NCBI GenBank assembly: GCA_035604135.1
Contig: DATNJB010000085.1
Span: 13,451 to 77,450, forward strand
Length of the DNA: 64,000 bases
Direction of reading: 5' to 3'
Source: Caulobacteraceae bacterium
Lineage (GTDB): Bacteria > Pseudomonadota > Alphaproteobacteria > Caulobacterales > Caulobacteraceae
How positions within the stretch are numbered: the stretch's first letter is position 1; each line of letters starts with the position of its first letter. Made by a program: the position numbers and the translations under genes. Below are positions 10,302-19,126 of this stretch, piece by piece. A model generated the notes under the pieces. It was given only the letters and a program-made list of their open reading frames with translations. It was not told the origin of the DNA and made no database searches.

Positions 10302-11696
10302 GTGAGCGCAGAGACTGACGCCCTTGAGCGGGCCTACCACCATGCCCTGACCTATCTCGCCGGGCTCGACGCACAGTCGGTCAGCGCAACGACATCGGCT
10401 GCAACGTTGCGCACCCGCCTGGCCGCGCCGCTTCCCGAGACCGGAACGCCGGCGGCAAGGGTGATCGACGACCTCGTCGCGGCGACCGAAGGCGGTCACG
10501 TCGGCTCGGCCGGCGGCCGCTTCTTCGGCTGGGTCATCGGCGGCGCGCTGCCGTCGGCGCTCGGCGCCGACTGGCTGACGTCGACCTGGGACGAGAACAC
10601 GACGATCGCCGCCAGCGGGCCAGCCGGCGCGGCCGTCGAGGAGGTCGCCGGCGCCTGGATCAAGGAGGTGCTCGACCTGCCGCGCGAGGCGTCGTTCGCG
10701 TTCACGACCGGCTGCCAGATGGCGCATGTCACTGGCCTCGCGGCGGCCCGCCACGCGTTGCTCGCCCGCGAAGGCTGGGACGTCGAGGAGCAGGGGCTGT
10801 TCGGTGCGCCGCCGATCCGGGTGCTGGCGAACGACCAGCGCCACGGCTCGGCCGTCAGGGCGCTGCGGTTTCTCGGTTTGGGCGCGGGGTCCTTGCGGTC
10901 GCTTCCGACGCGGGACGGGCGGCTCGGCCGCTCGACGCTAGAGCAGGCTCTGGCGGACGGCGGCGGGCCGACGATCGTGCTATTGAACGCCGGCGATTTG
11001 AATCTCGGCGCCTTCGACGACTTCACGCGGCTCATCCCCATCGCTAGGGCCGCCGGGACTTGGGTGCATGTCGACGGCGCCTTCGGGCTCTGGGCGCGAG
11101 CGAGCCGGGAGCACCGCGCGCTGACCGAGGGCGTCGACCTGGCTGACTCCTGGGCCACCGATGCGCACAAGTGGCTGAACACCCCGAAGGACATCGGCGT
11201 CGCCATCGTACGCGACGCTGTGGCGCACCGGGCCGCGATGACCCAGAGCGCGAGCTACATCGACACCAGCGGCGAGCTGCGCGACGCCATCGATTGGACG
11301 CCTGACTGGACCCGCCGCGCCCGCGGCCACGCTGTCTATGCCGCGCTCCGCGAACTCGGCCGGAAAGGGGTCGCCGACATGATCGACCGCTGCTGCCGGC
11401 AAGCGGCGACGATGGCGGAAGGGATCGCGGCCCTGCCGGGCGCAGAGCTGGTCGCGCCCGCGATCCTGAACCAGGCGATGGTTCGCTTTCCAGATCCGCG
11501 CGCCAGCGACGACGACGCTCACGATCGCCAAACGCTGGCGGTGATCGATGCGGTGAACGCGAGCGGCGAAGCCTACTTCAGCGGGACAGTCTGGCAGGGC
11601 CGTCGCGCCATGCGCATCAGCGTCTGCAACTGGCGCACGACCGACCGCGACGTCGAACGCGCGGTCGCGGCGGTCGCGGCTGCGCTTAGGGGCTGA
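10302..11696 (+). CDS. Group II PLP-dependent amino acid decarboxylase
   Basis: FFGWVIGG, WVHVDGAFG, DSWATDAHKWLN (PLP lysine); GGAG RBS before GTG 10302. Confidence 0.88.
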   Translation: MSAETDALERAYHHALTYLAGLDAQSVSATTSAATLRTRLAAPLPETGTPAARVIDDLVAATEGGHVGSAGGRFFGWVIGGALPSALGADWLTSTWDENTTIAASGPAGAAVEEVAGAWIKEVLDLPREASFAFTTGCQMAHVTGLAAARHALLAREGWDVEEQGLFGAPPIRVLANDQRHGSAVRALRFLGLGAGSLRSLPTRDGRLGRSTLEQALADGGGPTIVLLNAGDLNLGAFDDFTRLIPIARAAGTWVHVDGAFGLWARASREHRALTEGVDLADSWATDAHKWLNTPKDIGVAIVRDAVAHRAAMTQSASYIDTSGELRDAIDWTPDWTRRARGHAVYAALRELGRKGVADMIDRCCRQAATMAEGIAALPGAELVAPAILNQAMVRFPDPRASDDDAHDRQTLAVIDAVNASGEAYFSGTVWQGRRAMRISVCNWRTTDRDVERAVAAVAAALRG

Positions 11697-11745
11697 ATCG
11701 CCGCCCGCCTTCATTCGGCGGCCCGGCGGTGCTACCCACGCGCCC

Positions 11746-12168
11746 ATGATCGGCAAACTGAATCACGTCGGCGTCGCCACCCCCTCCATCGAAGACTCGT
11801 GGAAGCTCTATCGCGAGGTGTTCGGGGTCACCGACATCACCGAAAAGCGCGCCCTGCCTGAGCAGGGGGTGTGGGTGAGCTTCGTCAACCTGCCCAACGC
11901 CCAGATCGAGCTCATCGAGCCGTACGGCGACAACTCGCCAATCACGCAGTTCCTCGAGCGCAATCCGCGCGGCGGCCAGCACCATGTCTGCTTCGAGGTG
12001 CCCGACATCGTCGCGGCGCGCGACGAGATGCGTGCGAAGGGCGCGACCGTGCTCGGAACCGGCGAGCCGCGCATCGGCGCCCACGGCGTGCCGGTGATCT
12101 TCGTGCACCCGAAGGACATGGGCGGGGTGCTGGTCGAGCTGATGCAGGAGCCGACCGCGGCGCACTGA
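11746..12168 (+). CDS. mce: Methylmalonyl-CoA epimerase
   Basis: LNHVGVATP, IELIEP, GGQHHVCFEVPDI, GAHGVPVIFVHPKD. Confidence 0.95.
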   Translation: MIGKLNHVGVATPSIEDSWKLYREVFGVTDITEKRALPEQGVWVSFVNLPNAQIELIEPYGDNSPITQFLERNPRGGQHHVCFEVPDIVAARDEMRAKGATVLGTGEPRIGAHGVPVIFVHPKDMGGVLVELMQEPTAAH

Positions 12169-12440
12169 TGGGTCCGGGCCTCACCTTCGTCGTCTATCTC
12201 ACCCTCTGGTGGATCGTCTTTCTGGCCATCTTGCCGATGGGCACGGTCAGCCATTCCGAGGCCGGCATCGATCACGGCGACGGCGGCGATCCTGGTGCGC
12301 CGCTCGAGCCCAAGATCTGGCGCAAAGCGCGGACCGCGACCTGGGTCGCGGTAATCCCGCTGGTCGTCATCTGGCTCACCGTCTTCTTCCACTTGATCAC
12401 CCTGCCCAGCCTGACCGGCGGCGGACCGGGCATCGGATGA
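12168..12440 (+). CDS. DUF1467 family small membrane protein
   Basis: WWIVFLAILP...G.DPGAP..P pattern; usual position after mce. Confidence 0.85.
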   Translation: MGPGLTFVVYLTLWWIVFLAILPMGTVSHSEAGIDHGDGGDPGAPLEPKIWRKARTATWVAVIPLVVIWLTVFFHLITLPSLTGGGPGIG

Positions 12441-13720
12441 CCGCCGAGGCAAAGCCCGCCGGGCCGTTCAGCTTCTGGGAGCGCTCCGTCGCTCTCCGCT
12501 ACTTGCGCGCCCGGCGAAAGGACGGCGGGGTGGCGCTGATCTCCACCATCTCCTTCATCCTCATCATGCTGGCGGTGGCGATCCTGATCATCGTCATGTC
12601 GGTGATGAACGGGTTCAGGAGCGAGCTCTTGGACCGCATCCTCGGCTTCAACGGGCATATGCACGTGACCGGCATGGTGACAGCCGAGCCCGAGCTCGAT
12701 CTGGCGCTCGCGCGCATCCGCGCCGTCCCCGGCGTCGTGGAGGCCGCGCCGATCATCGATGCGCAGGCGCTGGTGCAGGGGCGCGGCCAGTCATCCGGCG
12801 CAATCGTGCGCGGGATGACGCCTCAGGACGTGCGCGCGACCCCGTTCATCGCTGGCAACATCAAGTCCGGCTCGCTGCAGGGGTTCGGCCGGGGCGACGA
12901 CGGCGGCGATCTCATCTTGGTCGGCGACCGGCTGGCGGCGGCGATGGGGGTGGAGCCGGGCGACACGCTGGTTCTGACCTCGCCGTCGGCGGGCGCGACC
13001 GTGCTGGGCTCGGCGCCGGTCAGCAAGGCCTACACCGTCGCCGGGACCTTCAGCGTCGGCATGAGCCAGTACGACGAGTCCTTCATCTATATGCCGCTCG
13101 CCCAGGCGCAGCTCTTCTTCGGGCGTGGCAACGCGGTGGATTCGATCCAGATCATGGTCGACGACCCCGACCGCACCGAGGACATGCGGCCGACCATCCA
13201 GCGCGCGGCCGGGCCTGACGGCGTGGTCAGCGACTGGCGCGACCAGGAACAGGCCTATTTCAACGCGCTGGAGGTCGAGCGCACGACCATGACCCTGATC
13301 ATGGGCCTTCTCGTGCTGATCGCCGCGGCCAACATCATCTCGTGCCTGATCATGCTGGTGAAGAACAAGGGGCGCGATATCGCGGTGCTGCGGACGCTGG
13401 GAGCGGGGCAGGGGGCGATCCTGCGCATCTTTTTCCTGGCCGGCGCGATGATCGGCGGGCTCGGCACCGCCGCGGGCCTGCTGCTCGGCCTGCTGTTCTG
13501 CGCCAACATCCAGACCATCCAGGCAGTCGTGGAGTGGGCCACGGGCACGCAGGTGTTCAATGCCGAGATCTACTTCCTCTCCCACATCCCGGCGAAGATC
13601 GACTGGGTGGAGGTGGCCGGCGTCGCGGCGTTCTCGCTCGGCGCCTCCTTCCTCGCCACCCTGCCGCCGGCCTTCCAGGCGGCCCGGCTCGACCCGGTCG
13701 AGGCGTTGCGCTTTGAGTGA
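12437..13720 (+). CDS. lolE: Lipoprotein-releasing ABC transporter permease LolC/E
   Basis: [51 protein letters not shown]. Confidence 0.93.
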   Translation: MTAEAKPAGPFSFWERSVALRYLRARRKDGGVALISTISFILIMLAVAILIIVMSVMNGFRSELLDRILGFNGHMHVTGMVTAEPELDLALARIRAVPGVVEAAPIIDAQALVQGRGQSSGAIVRGMTPQDVRATPFIAGNIKSGSLQGFGRGDDGGDLILVGDRLAAAMGVEPGDTLVLTSPSAGATVLGSAPVSKAYTVAGTFSVGMSQYDESFIYMPLAQAQLFFGRGNAVDSIQIMVDDPDRTEDMRPTIQRAAGPDGVVSDWRDQEQAYFNALEVERTTMTLIMGLLVLIAAANIISCLIMLVKNKGRDIAVLRTLGAGQGAILRIFFLAGAMIGGLGTAAGLLLGLLFCANIQTIQAVVEWATGTQVFNAEIYFLSHIPAKIDWVEVAGVAAFSLGASFLATLPPAFQAARLDPVEALRFE

Positions 13721-14393
13721 GCCGATCCTGAGGCTCAAGGGGGTCACGCGCGACTATCCCTCCGGCGACAAGGTGCTGCACGTGCTGCGTGGCGTCGACC
13801 TCGACGTCCATCCCGGCGAGGTCGTAGGCCTGATCGGGCCGTCGGGCTCAGGCAAGTCCAGCCTGCTGCACGCAGCAGGCCTCCTCGAGCGGCCGACGTC
13901 GGGGCAGATCGTCATCGACGGGCGCGACTGCTCAAAGCTCGCCGACGCCGCGCGCAGCCGCGTGCGGCTGGGCCTGATCGGCTTCATCTACCAATTCCAC
14001 CACCTGGCGCCGGAGTTCAGCGCCCTCGACAACGTCGCGCTTCCGCAGATGATCGCCGGCCGCTCGCGCCCGAACGCACGCCGGCGCGCCGAGGCGCTTC
14101 TGACCCACCTTGGCTTAGGCGAGCGGCTGGGCCACCAGCCCGGCCAGCTTTCCGGCGGCGAGCAGCAGCGGGTGGCGATCGCCCGTGCGCTGGCCAACGA
14201 GCCCCGGCTGGTGTTGGCCGACGAGCCCACCGGCAACCTCGATCCCGAGACCTCCGGCGCGGTGTTCCAGAACCTCTACGAGCTTGCCACCGCGACCGGC
14301 GTCGCCGTCCTCATCGCCACCCACAACATGGACCTCGCCTCCCACATGCAGCGTGTCCTCGCGATCCGAGAGGGGCGGCTAGAGCCGCGGTAG
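13713..14393 (+). CDS. lolD: Lipoprotein-releasing ABC transporter ATPase
   Basis: [42 protein letters not shown]; TTG start overlapping lolE end. Confidence 0.93.
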   Translation: MSEPILRLKGVTRDYPSGDKVLHVLRGVDLDVHPGEVVGLIGPSGSGKSSLLHAAGLLERPTSGQIVIDGRDCSKLADAARSRVRLGLIGFIYQFHHLAPEFSALDNVALPQMIAGRSRPNARRRAEALLTHLGLGERLGHQPGQLSGGEQQRVAIARALANEPRLVLADEPTGNLDPETSGAVFQNLYELATATGVAVLIATHNMDLASHMQRVLAIREGRLEPR

Positions 14394-14404
14394 ATCCGCC
14401 TTCT

Positions 14405-14422
14405 GCGCCGCGACTGCGGCGC
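14405..14422 (+). terminator. Hairpin after lolD
   Basis: gcgccgc-gact-gcggcgc followed by ggtccttt. Confidence 0.45.
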
Positions 14423-14428
14423 GGTCCT

Positions 14429-14541
14429 TTCACCACAAAGGGCGCCAAGGACACGAAGAGCGCGAAGGCGCCCCGCCTGTCGCCGTTTCGCGGTCACCCC
14501 CTTCGTGTTCCTTCGTGTTCTTCGTGATCTTCGTGGTTCAA
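14429..14541. repeat. Palindromic element B of the 9-nt periodic family
   Basis: Left accacaaag-ggcgccaag-gacacgaag-agcgcgaag; right cttcgtgttc-cttcgtgtt-cttcgtgat-cttcgtggt-tcaa. Confidence 0.85.
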
Positions 14542-14585
14542 TCGGGCATCTAAGCGCCCGAGTCGCATCCGGAGGAGCACGATCC

Positions 14586-16337
14586 ATGAGTGAAGCCGCC
14601 GAGCAGCCCAAACCCGCCTGGCCGGCGATGTCGATCGCCCAGGCGCATGCGCTGCTGACCGCGCCGGGCATGCCTTTCGAGATGGAGACGCTCGATATCC
14701 GGGGCGTGCAGACCCGCGCCTGGAAGAACGCGCCGCCGACGCTCCGCAGCGTGCTCGAAGCCGGCCGCGGCCACGGCGACAAGATCTTCCTGGTCTACGA
14801 GGACGAGCGCGCGAGCTTCGAGGCTTTCTTTCGCGCGACCTCGGCGCTGGCGCACGAGCTTCGCGCTCAGGGCGTCGAGAAGGGCGATCGCGTCGCCATC
14901 GCCATGCGCAACCTGCCGGAGTGGCCGGTCGCCTTCTACGCCGCCCAGGCGCTGGGCGCGATCGTGACTCCCCTGAACGCCTGGTGGACCGGGCCTGAGC
15001 TGGAGTACGGCCTGACCGATTCCGGAACCAAGGTCGCCATCGTCGATGCCGAGCGGCTCGAGCGCCTGGCCGAGCACCTGCACAACTGTCCGGACCTGAA
15101 GCGCATCTACGTCAGCCGCGAGGCCGAAGAGGTGGCCGATCCGAGGGTGATCAAGCTCGAGTCGGTGCTCGGCGCGACCGCCGACTGGGCCAGCCTGCCC
15201 GATTGGGCGCTGCCCGACGTCGAGATCGGCCCCGAGGACTATGCGACCATCTTCTACACCTCAGGCACGACCGGGCGGCCGAAAGGTGCGCTCGCGTCGA
15301 ACCGCAACGTCAATTCCAACATCCTGACCGGCGCGATCGGCGGCCCGCGCACGTTCCTGCGCCGCGGCGAGCGGCCGCCGGCGCCGGATCCGAACGCCCC
15401 GCAGATGACGAGCTTGCTCTCGGTGCCGTTCTTCCATGCCACCGGCTGCTTCGCGATCCTGAACCCGATGCTCATTGGCGGCGCGAAGATCGTGATGATG
15501 CACCGCTGGGATGTCGTCCGCGCCTTCGAGCTGATCGAGCGCGAGAAGGTGACGATGGCCGGCGGCGTCCCCACGATCGCCTGGCAGTTGATCGAGCATC
15601 CGCTGCGCGAAAACTACGACCTCTCCTCGCTGCAGTCGGTGGCCTACGGCGGCGCGCCGTCCGCGCCCGAGCTCGTCCGCAAGATCAAGGAAACCTTCCC
15701 GAAGTCGTCGGCCGGGCAGGGATGGGGCATGACCGAGACGTCGGCTGGCGTCACCGGCAACTCGGCGGAGGACTATGAGGCCAAGCCGGATTCCTGCGGC
15801 GTACCCGTGCCCGTCAGCGACCTCAAGATCGTGACCGTCGAAGGGGATCGCGAGCTGGCGGTCGGCGAGGTGGGCGAGCTGTGGTGCCGCGGGCCGCAGG
15901 TCGTGCGCGAATACTGGAACAAGCCGGAAGCCACGGCCGAGACCTTCGTCGACGGCTGGGTGAAGACCGGCGACCTCGCGCGCCTCGACGAGGAGGGGTT
16001 CTGCTACATCATCGACCGCGCCAAGGACATGCTGATCCGCGGCGGCGAGAACATCTACTGCATCGAGGTCGAGAACGCGCTCTACGACCACCCGGCGGTG
16101 ATGGACGCAGCCCTCGTTGGCATCCCGCACAAGCAGCTCGGCGAGGAGCCGGGAGCGGTCGTGACGCTGAAACCCGGCGCTGACGCCACCGAACAGGAGC
16201 TAAGAAGCTTCGTGGCTGAGCGTTTGGCCGCCTTCAAAGTTCCCGTCAAGATACTGTTCTGGCACGAAACTCTTCCCCGCAACCCCCAGGGTAAGATCCT
16301 CAAGAACGAGTTGAAAAAGCTGTTCGTGGAAGAGTGA
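14586..16337 (+). CDS. Long-chain fatty acid--CoA ligase (class I adenylate-forming)
   Basis: FYTSGTTGRPKG, VPFFHATG, QGWGMTET, KTGDLARLD, IRGGENIYCIEVE; GGAGGAG RBS. Confidence 0.92.
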   Translation: MSEAAEQPKPAWPAMSIAQAHALLTAPGMPFEMETLDIRGVQTRAWKNAPPTLRSVLEAGRGHGDKIFLVYEDERASFEAFFRATSALAHELRAQGVEKGDRVAIAMRNLPEWPVAFYAAQALGAIVTPLNAWWTGPELEYGLTDSGTKVAIVDAERLERLAEHLHNCPDLKRIYVSREAEEVADPRVIKLESVLGATADWASLPDWALPDVEIGPEDYATIFYTSGTTGRPKGALASNRNVNSNILTGAIGGPRTFLRRGERPPAPDPNAPQMTSLLSVPFFHATGCFAILNPMLIGGAKIVMMHRWDVVRAFELIEREKVTMAGGVPTIAWQLIEHPLRENYDLSSLQSVAYGGAPSAPELVRKIKETFPKSSAGQGWGMTETSAGVTGNSAEDYEAKPDSCGVPVPVSDLKIVTVEGDRELAVGEVGELWCRGPQVVREYWNKPEATAETFVDGWVKTGDLARLDEEGFCYIIDRAKDMLIRGGENIYCIEVENALYDHPAVMDAALVGIPHKQLGEEPGAVVTLKPGADATEQELRSFVAERLAAFKVPVKILFWHETLPRNPQGKILKNELKKLFVEE

Positions 16338-16370
16338 GATCCGCTGAACCCGGCGGGGCCCGCGGGTCAG

Positions 16371-16430
16371 CGCGCAGAGAGCGCGGAGGCTCTGCGTTCT
16401 CTGCGCATCCTCTGCGCCCTCTGCGGTTAA
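16371..16430. repeat. Palindromic element C of the 9-nt periodic family (almost no spacer)
   Basis: cgcgcagag-agcgcggag-g then ctctgcgtt-ctctgcgcatc-ctctgcgcc-ctctgcggt-taa. Confidence 0.8.
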
Positions 16431-16470
16431 GAGCTGAGGACCCGCTTGCGCGGGCTGTGCGGAGGATTCG

Positions 16471-17727
16471 GTGCCGCTAGAGCACTCACCGGAGGTCGTT
16501 CGCGAGCTCTTGATCGAGCGTGTCGGCGCTCGCGGCGATGGGGTCGCGGCCGGGCCTGTTTATGCGCCGCTGACGCTGCCGGGCGAGCGGCTGCGGGCGA
16601 GCGTTGCCGGCGACCGGGCTGAGTTCACGGAGATTCTGCAGCCGAGCGCCGAGCGGGTGACGCCGCCGTGCCCGCATTTCGGCGATTGCGGAGGCTGCGC
16701 GCTGCAGCAATGGGCGCTTGCGCCCTATCTCGTTTGGAAGGCGGAGCAGGTGAGGGCGGCGCTCGCATCGGTTCGTATAGAGACGGAGATCCTGCCGCCG
16801 TTCGCGTCGCCGCCGCACTCCAGGCGAAGGCTTGCCCTGCATGCGCGCAAGCTTGGCGGCCGCATCGCGGTCGGGTTCAAGGCGCGGCGATCGTGGCGTC
16901 TGGTGGAGATCGGCGTGTGCCCGATCGCCGATCCGCAGCTCGAGGGCGCGCTGCCGGCGCTCGCCGATCTCGCCGCGCCGTTTTTCGAGCACCCGAAGTC
17001 GGCCCCGACATTGCACGTCACCCTGACGGAAACTGGGCTCGACATCGACGTGACCGGCGTCGAGCGGCGCGCGGGCGGGCTCTCGGCAGATGCGCGCATG
17101 ACCGTCGCCGAGCGCGCCGCCGCGCTCGACTTCGCCCGCGTCACCCTCGCCGGCGAGGTCCTCTACCAAGCGCGGCAACCGATCGTGCGGCTCGGGAAGG
17201 CCATGGTCGCGCTGCCGCCGGGCGCCTTCCTGCAGGCCGTGCCGGCTGCGGAAGCCGCGATGGCGGCGTTCGTCGCCGAGGCGGTCGGCGCCGCATCCCA
17301 GGTCGCCGACCTCTACTGCGGCGTCGGCACGCTGACGTTCACGCTGGCCGAGACCGCCGCAGTCAGGGCGATCGACCAGTCTGCCGCGGCGGTGAAGGCG
17401 CTGGCAGCCGCCAGCGGCTCGGTGTCCGGCCTCAAGCCGATCACGACCGAAGCGCGCGACCTCGTTCGTCGCCCACTGCTGGCGGCCGACATGAAGCGGC
17501 TGGACGCCGTCGTCTTCGACCCGCCGCGGGCAGGGGCTGCCGAACAGGCGCGCGAGATCGCCCGCGCGGCCGTGGCGCTCGCCATCGGCGTCTCCTGCAA
17601 CCCGGCCACCTTCGCCCGCGACGCCCGCACGCTCGTCGACGGCGGCTTCGTCCTCAGAAAGGTGTTGCCAGTCGACCAGTTTCTCTGGTCGCCGCACGTG
17701 GAGCTCGTCGGCGTGTTCAGCCGCTGA
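16471..17727 (+). CDS. rlmD: 23S rRNA (uracil-C5)-methyltransferase RlmD/RumA-like
   Basis: CPHFGDCGGC Fe-S motif, DLYCGVG, FDPPRAG, VSCNPATFARD. Confidence 0.9.
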   Translation: MPLEHSPEVVRELLIERVGARGDGVAAGPVYAPLTLPGERLRASVAGDRAEFTEILQPSAERVTPPCPHFGDCGGCALQQWALAPYLVWKAEQVRAALASVRIETEILPPFASPPHSRRRLALHARKLGGRIAVGFKARRSWRLVEIGVCPIADPQLEGALPALADLAAPFFEHPKSAPTLHVTLTETGLDIDVTGVERRAGGLSADARMTVAERAAALDFARVTLAGEVLYQARQPIVRLGKAMVALPPGAFLQAVPAAEAAMAAFVAEAVGAASQVADLYCGVGTLTFTLAETAAVRAIDQSAAAVKALAAASGSVSGLKPITTEARDLVRRPLLAADMKRLDAVVFDPPRAGAAEQAREIARAAVALAIGVSCNPATFARDARTLVDGGFVLRKVLPVDQFLWSPHVELVGVFSR

Positions 17728-18175
17728 CCGACCGTTCGCGCCATGCGGCGATGAATGGCGTGAAATCGCTCGGCTGCGCGTCGTAGCTCAGCATGTCGGC
17801 CTGCACCGCCCAGGGCTGGCCGCTCGAGACCCAGATCTGCGCCACCGGACGAAGGTCGCCTGCGTCGTCGAGCGCCCCGCCGCGCACGTTGACGACTGCG
17901 GCGCCGGTTCGCCGCGTCCAGAGGCGGCTGTCGCAAGCCCCGCAGAGGGAGGAGACGCTCCTGAGCCCGCCGCCCAGGTCACGCGCGAGTTCGAAGGGCG
18001 CTTCGGCTGTGACCTCGAGCCCATCGCCCGGGAAGACCACGTTCATCGCAAACGGGCTGCCGGTGCGCTTCTGACAGAGGTGGCAGTGGCAGAGATAGGC
18101 GGTCAGCGGCGGCTTGCTGATGCGAAACCGCACCGCGCCGCAGTTGCAGCCGCCTTCGCGGATCTCATCGGCCAT
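17717..18175 (-). CDS. GFA (CENP-V) family protein
   Basis: GGCNCGAVRF, CHCHLCQKRTG, CGACDSRLW. Confidence 0.88.
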   Translation of the reverse strand: MADEIREGGCNCGAVRFRISKPPLTAYLCHCHLCQKRTGSPFAMNVVFPGDGLEVTAEAPFELARDLGGGLRSVSSLCGACDSRLWTRRTGAAVVNVRGGALDDAGDLRPVAQIWVSSGQPWAVQADMLSYDAQPSDFTPFIAAWRERSVSG

Positions 18176-18298
18176 GGGCGGGACTCTGCCGCCAATCGAA
18201 GCCATCGACAATGCAAACGAGCCCCACCGGCGACTCCGCGCCCATCGCTAAGCGGTTTGCTGAGCGGGTCTCGGGGTGTGGCTTAATGCCTCTCAGTA

Positions 18299-18412
18299 CC
18301 GCGCGCGTTCGATTGAGAAGTTCCCAGTTCGGCGGGCCCTGCGCTCGTCAAAAGCAGACCAACACCACCACCACCATTTCCGAGCTGGGACCTTCTCCAT
18401 CGAACGCCGCGG
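18299..18412. repeat. 28-bp inverted repeat (3 mismatches) enclosing a 47-nt loop with a (CAC)n tract
   Basis: 18305-18332 gcgttcgattgagaagttcccagttcgg vs reverse complement of 18380-18407 gcgttcgatggagaaggtcccagctcgg. Confidence 0.8.
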
Positions 18413-18446
18413 CGCTTGCCTCGGGCGGCGCTCTCGCTCGCCCGTT

Positions 18447-19072
18447 CTAGCCGCTTGTCTGCAAGAGCCTCTCGCGGATGGCGGGCAGGTGCTCCTTGCC
18501 CCAGAAGAGCTCGCCATCGATGACGAAGCTGGGCACGCCGAAGATGCCGAAATCCTCGGCCGCTGCTCTGATGGCGTCGTGTTCGGCGCGGCCGGCGCCG
18601 ACGAGGAAAGCGGTGAAGCCCGCCACGTCCGCGCCCGCTTCCGCCAGCAGCCCTGCACGACCGCCGGGTCTTCGATATTCAGCTCGCGCCGCCAGAAGCG
18701 CTCGAACGTGCGGTCGGTGTAGCCGCGCAGAACCGCATCGCCCTGGCGCTTGGCCCAGAGCAGGCCGATCGCGGCAATCGAGGAGTCCCAGATCTTCTGC
18801 GTGCCGCGCAGCACGAGCCCGCGTTTGTTCGCCTCGCGCCGGCAGTCCATGTAGGCGTAACGCACCTGCCGCCACTGGTGCGGCGTGCGGTTCTCCCAGA
18901 TGACCTTGCCGGCGTCATCCACCTCGGCGGCGCCGCGATAGCTCGGGATGTCGAGCGTATAGGGCAGCCAGTCGAGAGTCGCGCCCGTCGCCTTCGCCAT
19001 CTCGTAGATCAGGTCCTTGGCGATGAAGGCGTAAGGGCTCTTGTAGTCGATGTTGACGCTAACCGTTGGCAT
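18447..19072 (-). pseudogene. DsbA-family / 2-hydroxychromene-2-carboxylate isomerase with a 1-bp frameshift near 18650
   Basis: N-part IDYKSPYAF...YAYMDCRREA..RG in one frame; C-part GIFGVPSFVIDGELFWGKEHL in another; adding one base restores VVQG-LLAEAG. Confidence 0.82.
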
Positions 19073-19126
19073 GGAACCCTCGAGATCGAGCTTGACGGTC
19101 GCCCCTCCCGGCTGGAAGGGCAAGCG

